Part shown: positions 6,602 through 14,041 of the stretch, piece after piece
Position numbering within the stretch: the stretch's first letter is position 1
Layout: each line of letters starts with the position of its first letter
IMG/VR virus record: IMGVR_UViG_3300036760_000988
Origin: an uncultured virus (IMG/VR IMGVR_UViG_3300036760_000988)
Taxonomy: Duplodnaviria; Heunggongvirae; Uroviricota; Caudoviricetes
Reading direction: 5' to 3' (one strand)
DNA length: 20,000 nucleotides
Notes under the pieces: model-generated
What the model saw: only the letters and a program-made list of their open reading frames with translations
What the model was told of the DNA's origin: nothing
Databases searched by the model: none
Program-made: the position numbers and the translations under genes

Positions 6602-7422
6602 TACCGTCTCCGACGCTTCGTGGTGCGCGGCTTCTTGCCCTTGCCGCCGAGCAGGAGGAAGCCGGCGCCGATGCCGAGGGCGAGCATGGGCAACATGCCC
6701 ATGCTACCGAAGCCGGAGGTGAGGGGAGGCGTCTCGGGGATCACGTACCCTCCTCCGCCACCACCGCCACCACCGCCGGCCGGCGGCGCGATACTGCCAC
6801 TCGCCGCCTTCGCGATCTTGGCTTGGGTGTCGCCGCGGGCGAGCGCCTGCAGCGCGGCGGTCCAGTCCGCGGGAGTGGAGATCGTCCCAGGCGCCCCGAG
6901 CTTCACCACCGCAGTGTGATACTCGGTTACGGCCTTGGCCCACGCCGCGTTGGCGACGTGTTTTCCCAGTGCGTTGTTCGTCGCCGCCTCGAACTGCGCG
7001 GAGACCTTCTCGCCGCCCTTCGCGTAGGCGAGCTTCTGATCGTGTTCGTCGGCGAGGCCGCCGAGCCCCTGCAGCCCCCCGAAGTCCTCCATGCGCTCGC
7101 CGCGGGCCAGCTCCTCGAAGACCTCCCACCACTGCCACTTGAGGTAGCTCCGGCCCCGCGCCATGCGCGCGAGGGTCTGCCGCGTCTTGGTGCCGAAGAC
7201 GCCATCCTCGGGGATCTTCGCGCCGAGTCGATTCAGCCCCCGCTGTGTCGCCGCGACGAGGATACGGGTGATGTTCGAGTCCGGATCGGCCTCGCCCACG
7301 GTCCACCAGAGCCCTGGCACCGCGGACACCGCGTCCATCATGTTGCGGCCGAAGCTGCGCAGCAGCTCGACGCCCGAGCCAGCATCCGTCGGGGTGCCAG
7401 CCATCGCCTGGTAGTAGGTCAT
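6601..7422 (-). CDS. 273-aa membrane-anchored protein with a peptidoglycan-binding (PGBD/PG_binding_1-like) motif
   Basis: ATQRGLNRLGAKIPEDGVFGTKTRQTL fits Q..L..LG....DG.FG..T. It also has a poly-Gly linker, TM helix MLPMLALGIGAGFLLLGG and tail KRRRR. Confidence 0.8.
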   Translation of the reverse strand: MTYYQAMAGTPTDAGSGVELLRSFGRNMMDAVSAVPGLWWTVGEADPDSNITRILVAATQRGLNRLGAKIPEDGVFGTKTRQTLARMARGRSYLKWQWWEVFEELARGERMEDFGGLQGLGGLADEHDQKLAYAKGGEKVSAQFEAATNNALGKHVANAAWAKAVTEYHTAVVKLGAPGTISTPADWTAALQALARGDTQAKIAKAASGSIAPPAGGGGGGGGGGYVIPETPPLTSGFGSMGMLPMLALGIGAGFLLLGGKGKKPRTTKRRRR

Positions 7423-8154
7423 CTACGATCCCTTTCGCAGGTGCTGGTAAAGGAAGACGCCGCCGAAGCCGAGGGCGACCACCGGCAGGAGGGGCTTGAG
7501 GACGTTCCAGATCACCCCGAAGGCGGCGCGTCCCGCGAACCCCGCGATCTCCTTGCCGGCGTTGACGAGGTGCCCCGGCAGCTCCTTAGCGCTCTCCACG
7601 ACCGCCGACCACACCTGCCCCTGCCAGCTGGGGATCACGCTCACAGAGTTGAAGCCGATGCCCACGCGCGCGGTCTGGTCCCAGAAGGTCTGGGTGTCGG
7701 CGATGTTCAGCGAGGTCTGCTCGGGGTGAAATGCCTTCGCCTGAGACCCGAAGCCCGTCGTGAGGATCACCGCCAGGTCGGGGACCCGCGGGTAGTAGCG
7801 CTGCCACTCCTTGACGAGTGCGTCGATCTGATTGCTGTTGCCCTTCGCATTGCTGAGATCGAAGACCCCGCCCCCCGGCGCTGCAACGCAGGAGTTCGAG
7901 AAGCCCAAGGTCGAAGGACAGGTCTGCTTCCACGCGAGCACGCGATTCGCCTCGGCCTGCCACCACCGGAAGATCTCTTGCGAGTACGTGCGCGGCGTGC
8001 GCGGGTACGGCGAGCCCGGCATGAGCGCGCCCCACCGCTTCCAGGCGTAGTTCTTCTGGGCGACGTAGACGAGCGCGTAGTCGACCGCCCCGGTGGGCGC
8101 TCCGGCGTTGGCCGCCGCGAGGGCGCGATACCGACCGTTGGACACGTAGCTCAC
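7423..8154 (-). CDS. 243-aa membrane-anchored protein, MSYV N-terminus
   Basis: GTG at 8154 gives MSYVSNGRY, 4 nt after the upstream stop. C-terminal amphipathic helix followed by LLPVVALGFGGVFLYQHLRK. Confidence 0.8.
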   Translation of the reverse strand: MSYVSNGRYRALAAANAGAPTGAVDYALVYVAQKNYAWKRWGALMPGSPYPRTPRTYSQEIFRWWQAEANRVLAWKQTCPSTLGFSNSCVAAPGGGVFDLSNAKGNSNQIDALVKEWQRYYPRVPDLAVILTTGFGSQAKAFHPEQTSLNIADTQTFWDQTARVGIGFNSVSVIPSWQGQVWSAVVESAKELPGHLVNAGKEIAGFAGRAAFGVIWNVLKPLLPVVALGFGGVFLYQHLRKGS

Positions 8155-8158
8155 GACG

Positions 8159-9115
8159 TTACCGCTTCCCGCCGCGTCGCGTCGCCACGAGCACGAGCGC
8201 CAGCGCGCCGCCCCCGAGGAGGAGCATCGGCAACATCGAGCCCCCACCCAGGAACGACTGCTGCTCCTGCTGCTGTTGCTGCAGCTGCTCCTTCGTGCAG
8301 ACCGCCCCCGCGATGGCGGCCCCGCCCGCGCCGGCCGGACCACCGGCCGCCGTGGCGACCGCCGCGAGCCCGCCCGAGTTGGCCGCCTTGCAGGCGAGGC
8401 TACCGATCCCCTTCACGATGCTCTTGCCGACGCCATAAGCGCCCGCGCCCACGGTCTTCGACGCACCGACGACGGCCTTGGCCCCCGAGTACTTGTACAC
8501 GGTGTCCCAGAACCCGGCGAGGTCCGCTTGCGCGCCGCAAGCGCCGCACGCGCCGCACCCCGCGAGCCCGAGCAACCCGCCGGTGGGCGCCTGGCCGGTC
8601 TTGCCCACCTTGATCACCTGCGCCAGGAAGCGGTTGGCGAACGCCGCCGCGAGCCCCTTCTCCAGCGCCACGGCCGGCGGGTACTTCTTGGCGTACGCCT
8701 CGGCCTTCGTCTCGACCTCGGCGTACATGCCGCTCTCGATGCTGTCGAGGATGGTCTTCATGAGCGGCTTCCGCACCGCCGGTTCGACGGTCATGATCCG
8801 CTGCATGACGAGCCGCGCCGCGTCGCGCCCGAACGCCGCGACTGGATCGCCCGCGGCCCCCACCGGCCCGCCCAGGGTCGAGCCGGCGAGCGAGGACCCT
8901 GCGAGGGTCGAGCCCGCCAGGGTCGAGCCGGCGAGGGTGTGCCCCCCGAGCGAGCCGAGCCCTTCGAGCCCCACGAACTCGCCGGGCGACAGCGACGAGA
9001 TCGTGCGCCGCGGGGTGTAGCGCGTCGTGATCGTGCCGCGCGCGAAGGGCTCGTCCATCACGTTGCCGGGCAGCGCGTAGCCGGGGTTCCAGGGGTTCGA
9101 CGCCTTCAAGTACAT
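8159..9115 (-). CDS. 318-aa Gly/Ala-rich membrane-anchored protein with LAGST pentapeptide repeats and a CGACGAC motif
   Basis: AAGGAG SD, repeats TLAGSTLAGSTLAGSSLAGSTLGG, a Gln tract, and TM helix MLPMLLLGGGALALVLVATRR. Confidence 0.85.
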   Translation of the reverse strand: MYLKASNPWNPGYALPGNVMDEPFARGTITTRYTPRRTISSLSPGEFVGLEGLGSLGGHTLAGSTLAGSTLAGSSLAGSTLGGPVGAAGDPVAAFGRDAARLVMQRIMTVEPAVRKPLMKTILDSIESGMYAEVETKAEAYAKKYPPAVALEKGLAAAFANRFLAQVIKVGKTGQAPTGGLLGLAGCGACGACGAQADLAGFWDTVYKYSGAKAVVGASKTVGAGAYGVGKSIVKGIGSLACKAANSGGLAAVATAAGGPAGAGGAAIAGAVCTKEQLQQQQQEQQSFLGGGSMLPMLLLGGGALALVLVATRRGGKR

Positions 9116-9136
9116 GGGGTTCTCCTTGTAGATCCT

Positions 9137-9673
9137 TTAGGCCACCGGCCAGAAACGGACGGCCTTCACGCGGTTCAACATCTTCGCCGTGTCGACCCCC
9201 GCGACCGGATCACAGGTGATCCAGGCGTTGGAGCGCGGCTCCTTCATCTGCGCGAACACGTGCGAGTACTGGCGCTGGCCCTTGTAGAACATGTCGGCAA
9301 ACGCCACCGTCGCCAGCCGCACCTCACGCCCGACCGCGAGCCCCAGCCCGCACTCGAAGCCCGCGAAGTCGTCGCAGTCGAGCTGCGGCACGTAGCCAGT
9401 CTGCAGCTGCTTGATGATCTCGACGGGGGCTTGGACCAGCTCCACCGTGCGCGGGTCTTGCATGTAGCGGGCGTGGCCCCAGCAGAAGTTGTTGAGGGCT
9501 AAGATCTCGGACAGGTAGTCCTTCGACCGCAGGTGCTGGCAGACGGCCTCGGCCAGGAGCCGCGGGCGGTAGTCGTCCTGCGAGCGCAACGCCGCGTCCC
9601 GGATCACCGCCACGGTCTGGGGCGCTCCGCGATAGCTCAGGCGTAGAATTCGCTCGTCGTCGAACTGTCGCAA
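9137..9673 (-). CDS. Transglutaminase-like (Cys-His-Asp) cysteine enzyme; candidate maturation protease
   Basis: LDCDDF (Cys), YSHVF (His) and WITCDPV (Asp), plus RYMQDP..VELV..P typical of the family. TTG start, with an in-frame stop just upstream. Confidence 0.85.
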   Translation of the reverse strand: MRQFDDERILRLSYRGAPQTVAVIRDAALRSQDDYRPRLLAEAVCQHLRSKDYLSEILALNNFCWGHARYMQDPRTVELVQAPVEIIKQLQTGYVPQLDCDDFAGFECGLGLAVGREVRLATVAFADMFYKGQRQYSHVFAQMKEPRSNAWITCDPVAGVDTAKMLNRVKAVRFWPVA

Positions 9674-9755
9674 ACCACTGAGCTTCCCACCGGAGAAGAC
9701 TCACGTTACGTTGATAGCTGGGAGTATGCCGGAGGAGGCGGGGGTAGTGCAAGGG

Positions 9756-11567
9756 CTACGACGGGTCGGGTTCGGGCACGGTCTCAGCCGCGAGCGCGGC
9801 GTCCACCGCGGCCACGGCCGGCGGGACCTCCACAGGCTCCACGGGCACGGGTGGCGCCGCCGAGGTGCCCGCGCCGTCGATCAGGAGCTTGGCCACCTTG
9901 CGGATGAAGTTCCGGCCGTTCTGCGTGTGCAGCGGTGAGCCCTCCTGCAGCGGCGTGCTCTGCAGGAACGCATCCACGCCGAACTGCTTCAAGAACAGCA
10001 CGATCTCGTGCGGGATGAGCGACCGCGCCGACGCCATGAAGTCGCGCGGGTCCGTGCCGTTGCGGATGGCGGTCTCGATGAAGTTCACCGCGATGCCGAC
10101 GTGCACCGGATCCAGCTTGGGCATGCGCCGGGGCTTCGGCGCGGGGGCGCCAGGGGGTGCCGCCAACGCGGGGGCACCGGGCGTCGGCGCATTGGGCGCG
10201 GCCCCAGGGGCGGCGCCGGCCTGCGACGACACCGGCCCCGCGGGGCCCGCCGGACGACGCATCGCCTGTGGTGGCGGGCGGCGCACACCCGGCCGACGCA
10301 CGAGCGGCGGGGGCATGACCGGCGGGGACTGCTCGATGCGCGCGGCGGCGGCCTTGGCGAGCGGCGACTCCATGAACCCCATGAAGATCCGCTCCCAGAT
10401 GCCGCCCTGCTCCTCGTCGTCCTTGTTGTTCGCGAGGCCGAGGCCGACCATGGCGTCCTTCATGAGGACGACCTCCTGCATCGCTTCGAGCGGGCCCTTC
10501 TGCTTCAGCGCCCGCAGCGCCACGGTCTCGGTGCGCGTCTCGCCCAGCTGCCGTTCGAGATCGGCGAGGCGGGCCTTCTGGGTGTCGAGGCGTCCCTCAT
10601 ACGCCTGCTTCAACGAATCCACCTGCATCGCGTGGGTCCGCTCCAAGGTGGAGATCTCGCGCTCGTGCGCCTTCTCCTTCGTCTTCAGCTCGTCGTCGAA
10701 CCGACCCCGCTCCCGTGCGAGCCCGTCCGCGTGCGACCGCTCGATCATCGCCTTCTCGCTCCCGAACTGGGTGCGCAGGGCCTCGATGCGCGCGGACTCC
10801 CCATCGATCATCTTGTCGAGGATCTTCTCCGAGTGTGTCGGTCCACTCGGAGCCTCCTTGCGCGTCGCAAGGTCGAGGTACCGATCGTTCGCCGCCCGCA
10901 GATCGCCGCCGAGCGCCGTGAGCGAACGCTCCAGCGAGGTGATCTGCTGCTGGAACGGGGCCGTCAACGCCGCCACGTCGAGCTGCCCCCCGCGTCGCGC
11001 CTGCTCCTCGATGCGGTCGGCTCGCGCCTGGGCGCGCTCGGAGATGTTGTGCATCGTCTCCATGGCCTGCTTCTGCAGGGACGTGTCGTCGCGCGCCGGC
11101 ATGGCGACCGGCGCCGCCACCACCTCGTCCTTGTAGGTCAGCTCGCCGGTGACCTTGGGATCGCCGGCCAGCTCGATCGAGCGCTGGCCGGCATACATCC
11201 ACCCGCCTTTCGGGTTCACCCGCCACGTCTTGACCTGGAACTTGCCGCCGCCGAAGCGGTCGCGCACGTCCGTCTCGGCGAAGGGCTCGGAGTACTCCGC
11301 GCAGTTCCCGCGGATGAAGTGCCCCTGCCAGGTCTCCGGGAAGGTCCGAAACAGCTTGATGCGGACGCGGGTGCCGGTGCCGATCTCCTGCAGCCAGTCG
11401 AAGATCGTGCGGTCGTCCTGCCCCGCCAGCGCCTCGGCGGCGGCGGAGGTGGCCTGCGGCGGTTTCGGGTTCGGCGGTCGCCCCGGGCCGCGCTTGGGGG
11501 GCGCGACGGGCGCCAGCTCCGTGGGATCCGGCAGCTCATCCTCCAGATCGTCGGTGAGCGGGTCCAT
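9756..11567 (-). CDS. 603-aa protein: AT-hook-like N-terminus, globular domain, long coiled coil, Pro-rich linker and small helical C-domain
   Basis: KRGPGRPP motif, heptad-rich E/K/R/Q central region, GGAGGAGG SD in the upstream gene end, and strong GC3 bias. Confidence 0.85.
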   Translation of the reverse strand: MDPLTDDLEDELPDPTELAPVAPPKRGPGRPPNPKPPQATSAAAEALAGQDDRTIFDWLQEIGTGTRVRIKLFRTFPETWQGHFIRGNCAEYSEPFAETDVRDRFGGGKFQVKTWRVNPKGGWMYAGQRSIELAGDPKVTGELTYKDEVVAAPVAMPARDDTSLQKQAMETMHNISERAQARADRIEEQARRGGQLDVAALTAPFQQQITSLERSLTALGGDLRAANDRYLDLATRKEAPSGPTHSEKILDKMIDGESARIEALRTQFGSEKAMIERSHADGLARERGRFDDELKTKEKAHEREISTLERTHAMQVDSLKQAYEGRLDTQKARLADLERQLGETRTETVALRALKQKGPLEAMQEVVLMKDAMVGLGLANNKDDEEQGGIWERIFMGFMESPLAKAAAARIEQSPPVMPPPLVRRPGVRRPPPQAMRRPAGPAGPVSSQAGAAPGAAPNAPTPGAPALAAPPGAPAPKPRRMPKLDPVHVGIAVNFIETAIRNGTDPRDFMASARSLIPHEIVLFLKQFGVDAFLQSTPLQEGSPLHTQNGRNFIRKVAKLLIDGAGTSAAPPVPVEPVEVPPAVAAVDAALAAETVPEPDPS

Positions 11568-12074
11568 CTAGCCCTCCTCCCCGGAGGTAGACGCCGCGTC
11601 TTCGTTCTCCTCGGGCTCCTCGGCGTCGTCCTCGTCGTCCTCGTCCTCCGACGGCGGGAGCGCGGCCTCGTTCACGGCCTCGACCGTCATCGCGTTGGCG
11701 GTCAAGACCGCCGCGCCGAGCTGCTGGAAGCGCGCCGCGGTCTTCGCGTCGAGCGTGTCGCCGGCCTTGAGCTTCGTGCAGGCGTCGGCGAGCTGCCGCC
11801 CCAGCTCCAACGTGGCGAGCAGCTGCTGGGCGAGATCGGGCTGGAGGAAGCTCTCGGTCTGCTCGATCATCTCGTCGACCGCAGCCTCCAGGCGCTCCAT
11901 GCGTGCCCCGAAGTGCTCCATGAAGGACGCCAGGAGCGGGTAGCACTCGTCGGCGAACTCGCGCTTGGCTTCGAGGAAGGTCGCCTTCGCCGCGCGCTTC
12001 TGTGCCTTCGCCAGATCCTCCAGGAGGTACGTGTGCTCCTGAACCGGATCTTCCTGCTCGGTCGTCTCGCTCAT
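11568..12074 (-). CDS. 168-aa acidic helical protein
   Basis: Start MSETTEQED at 12074 with a GGAG SD and a D/E-rich C-terminal tail. The ORF-track extension to 12692 is a shadow of the upstream gene. Confidence 0.8.
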   Translation of the reverse strand: MSETTEQEDPVQEHTYLLEDLAKAQKRAAKATFLEAKREFADECYPLLASFMEHFGARMERLEAAVDEMIEQTESFLQPDLAQQLLATLELGRQLADACTKLKAGDTLDAKTAARFQQLGAAVLTANAMTVEAVNEAALPPSEDEDDEDDAEEPEENEDAASTSGEEG

Positions 12075-12078
12075 GTGC

Positions 12079-12645
12079 TTACGCTCCATCGTTGGTGGTG
12101 TAGGCGGCCAGGTCGTCGTCATCGGCCAGACCCGTGTTGCGGGCCTCGGTCGCGGCCCGCGCGTCGGCGGCGGTCGCCAGCGCGGCGTAGAACTCCGCCC
12201 GCGCCGCGTCACGCCGCGCGTCGGACGCCACGCACTCCGGGTGCGCGGCCAGGTAGCGGGCCCGCAGCGCGTCGAGATCGTGGCTCGGGCTCTCGGGCTC
12301 CCAGCGGGAGCAGCGCAGGATCGCGACCTCGCCAAGATCGATCTCGATGCCCGCGACCGCGGTGCAGAGCCGGTTGCGCTGAATCGGCACGTAGTCCGGC
12401 ACGTCGGAGACGCTCTCCACATCCGCGCCGGAGTCGAACTCCATGTAGTAGCGGCACGGCCCGCGCAGGCAGACATGGTGCGCCGGGATCGAGGGGAGCG
12501 ACTTCGGCGGCGGCGTGGCCGGCGCCGGCACGAACCCACCATCGGGCGCGAGCGGGGGCAGCGGCCCGGGTTCGAGGTTGGAGAGCTGCTCGGCGGGCAC
12601 CAGCGCGTGCTTGCCCGTGTCCTCCTCGTCGTCACCGATCCGCAT
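12079..12645 (-). CDS. 188-aa hypothetical protein with Cys/His cluster (possible metal binding); first gene of the leftward operon
   Basis: Motifs HHVCLRGPCRYY, NRLC, RCSRW and HPEC. It ends 4 nt before the next start. Confidence 0.75.
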   Translation of the reverse strand: MRIGDDEEDTGKHALVPAEQLSNLEPGPLPPLAPDGGFVPAPATPPPKSLPSIPAHHVCLRGPCRYYMEFDSGADVESVSDVPDYVPIQRNRLCTAVAGIEIDLGEVAILRCSRWEPESPSHDLDALRARYLAAHPECVASDARRDAARAEFYAALATAADARAATEARNTGLADDDDLAAYTTNDGA

Positions 12646-12651
12646 CCGGGC

Positions 12652-12679
12652 ACTCTAGTCACGTGCGCCGCAGACACAA
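12652..12679 (-). promoter_or_regulatory. Putative sigma70-type promoter giving a leaderless transcript of the leftward operon
   Basis: TTGTGT (12679-12674), 16 nt, TAGAGT (12657-12652), 6 nt, ATG (12645). There is no SD before the ATG. Confidence 0.5.
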
Positions 12680-13194
12680 GGGAATTGTGCAACGCAATTA
12701 CGGGCTCGGGCGTTGCGCCGAGGTTTTGGGCGGTTGAATACCCGATCAGCTTGAGGTTGTTGAAGCTTCAAAGGTTTCACAAGTCATTGAAACTTCAGAA
12801 ACTAGCATACTTTCGGGGGTTTCTCGCCGCACTACGGACGCATACACCGCACGCGGGCGACCTAACTCCCCGGATCCGGCACCCCCCGAAACGACCCGCG
12901 CCGCGCCGTACGTCCCTGGCCGACACTCCGACCGACTCTCGGCCGACCGGGCCGACCCTCCGCCGACCCCCCGAACGGCCCCCTGGGGGCCGAGGGACCC
13001 CCTGGCTGAACACCTGTTCAGTAGGATTGCGGCTCGCAACCCCTGGGGCGTTCCGCCCCGGCGACCGCAAAAAGGTCAAAAGGGGCCAAAACCCCAAGGG
13101 TTTCGAGGGGTTGGGGGGCCTAATCCCCGGAGAAAGTGCGCCAACCTGTCACGGTTACCCCGGCCTACACCCTCGAAATCATTAGGTTTTTCCG

Positions 13195-13210
13195 AGGCAT
13201 GGCCCTTGCT
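13195..13210 (+). promoter_or_regulatory. Putative sigma54 (-24/-12) promoter for the rightward arm
   Basis: aGGCATGgcccTTGCT has GG at 13196-7, exactly 10 nt, then GC at 13208-9. An IHF-like AATCAttaggTT lies at 13177-13188. Confidence 0.5.
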
Positions 13211-13600
13211 ACACCGGGGGTTGCCATGCGCCAAGTTTCGCCCCCCCGGTCCCACGCCCCAACCCCCCGGCACTCCGCCGGGACGGTCGGGGGGTTGCGC
13301 CGGGGATCCGCCCGTGGGGCCGACTCCGCTAGGCTCGATTCTGCGGGCTCGGTCGGTCGGTCGGCGCAAGGGTCGGCCGATCGCGCCGAAAGCCCGTCAC
13401 GGGGCGCTAATCGCGCGGAGGAGGGCACCCCGAACTGACCCGCGATTGCGCCGCGCAACCCTCCGGTGGTCGGGGGGAACGCGGCTCGGCCCCCGAGAGG
13501 GGGCCCCCCCGACCCTCCGCCCCCGTGGCGGGTCGGGACACTGGACCGGGGGAGTGGGCCCACCGGCCCCGACTCCCCCCTATGCTCGGAGGACGACACC

Positions 13601-13975
13601 ATGGACACGACGACTCAGGCCCCGAACGGCACCGCGCCCCGCACCCCGGCCCCCGCCCCGACGGCGGCGACCCCCCCGGCCCCCGCGCCGGAGACTCCCC
13701 CCAAGGCCCCCAAGCCCATGAAGGCCCACGAGACGGCCGCCGTGGTGGCGCGGGCCCCCGTGGCGGTCACCCCGCTCCTCCGCCGCGCCGAGTTCGGCGA
13801 CGTGGTGAGCGTCACCCTCCCCGCCGCGACGGCGGCCGAGTGGGAGACGGTCGCCCTCGGGGCCGTGACGGCGGGCCTGTCGGGGGCCGAGGTCCGGCGC
13901 GAGGCGTGCAAGGCCCTGCGGGGCAACCTGGCCCGCCTGATGCGGGGTGAGCCCCTCACGGCCCCCAAGAAGTAG
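13601..13975 (+). CDS. 124-aa protein: Pro/Ala/Thr-rich N-terminus plus a segment resembling an AAA+ SRH/lid
   Basis: GGAGG SD at 13588-13592 and strong GC3 bias. Contains LLRRAEFGDVVSVTLP...VTAGLSGAEVRREACKAL. Confidence 0.75.
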   Translation: MDTTTQAPNGTAPRTPAPAPTAATPPAPAPETPPKAPKPMKAHETAAVVARAPVAVTPLLRRAEFGDVVSVTLPAATAAEWETVALGAVTAGLSGAEVRREACKALRGNLARLMRGEPLTAPKK

Positions 13976-14041
13976 CCCCGCGCCCCGTCACACCCCGTCC
14001 GGGGTGTGGGCCAGGGGCCGAGGCGACTCGGCCCCCGCCCT

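Noticed and set aside
10008..12737. 909-aa plus-strand ORF, and similar long ORFs 521-1537, 6823-8613, 8276-9502 and 9865-11136
   Set aside because: These are antisense shadows of GC3-biased minus-strand genes, with atypical composition and no recognisable motifs.
12746..13608. ORF-track ORFs within the divergent intergenic region
   Set aside because: They are low-complexity Pro/Gly/Arg products with no SD and no codon bias, as expected by chance at this GC content.
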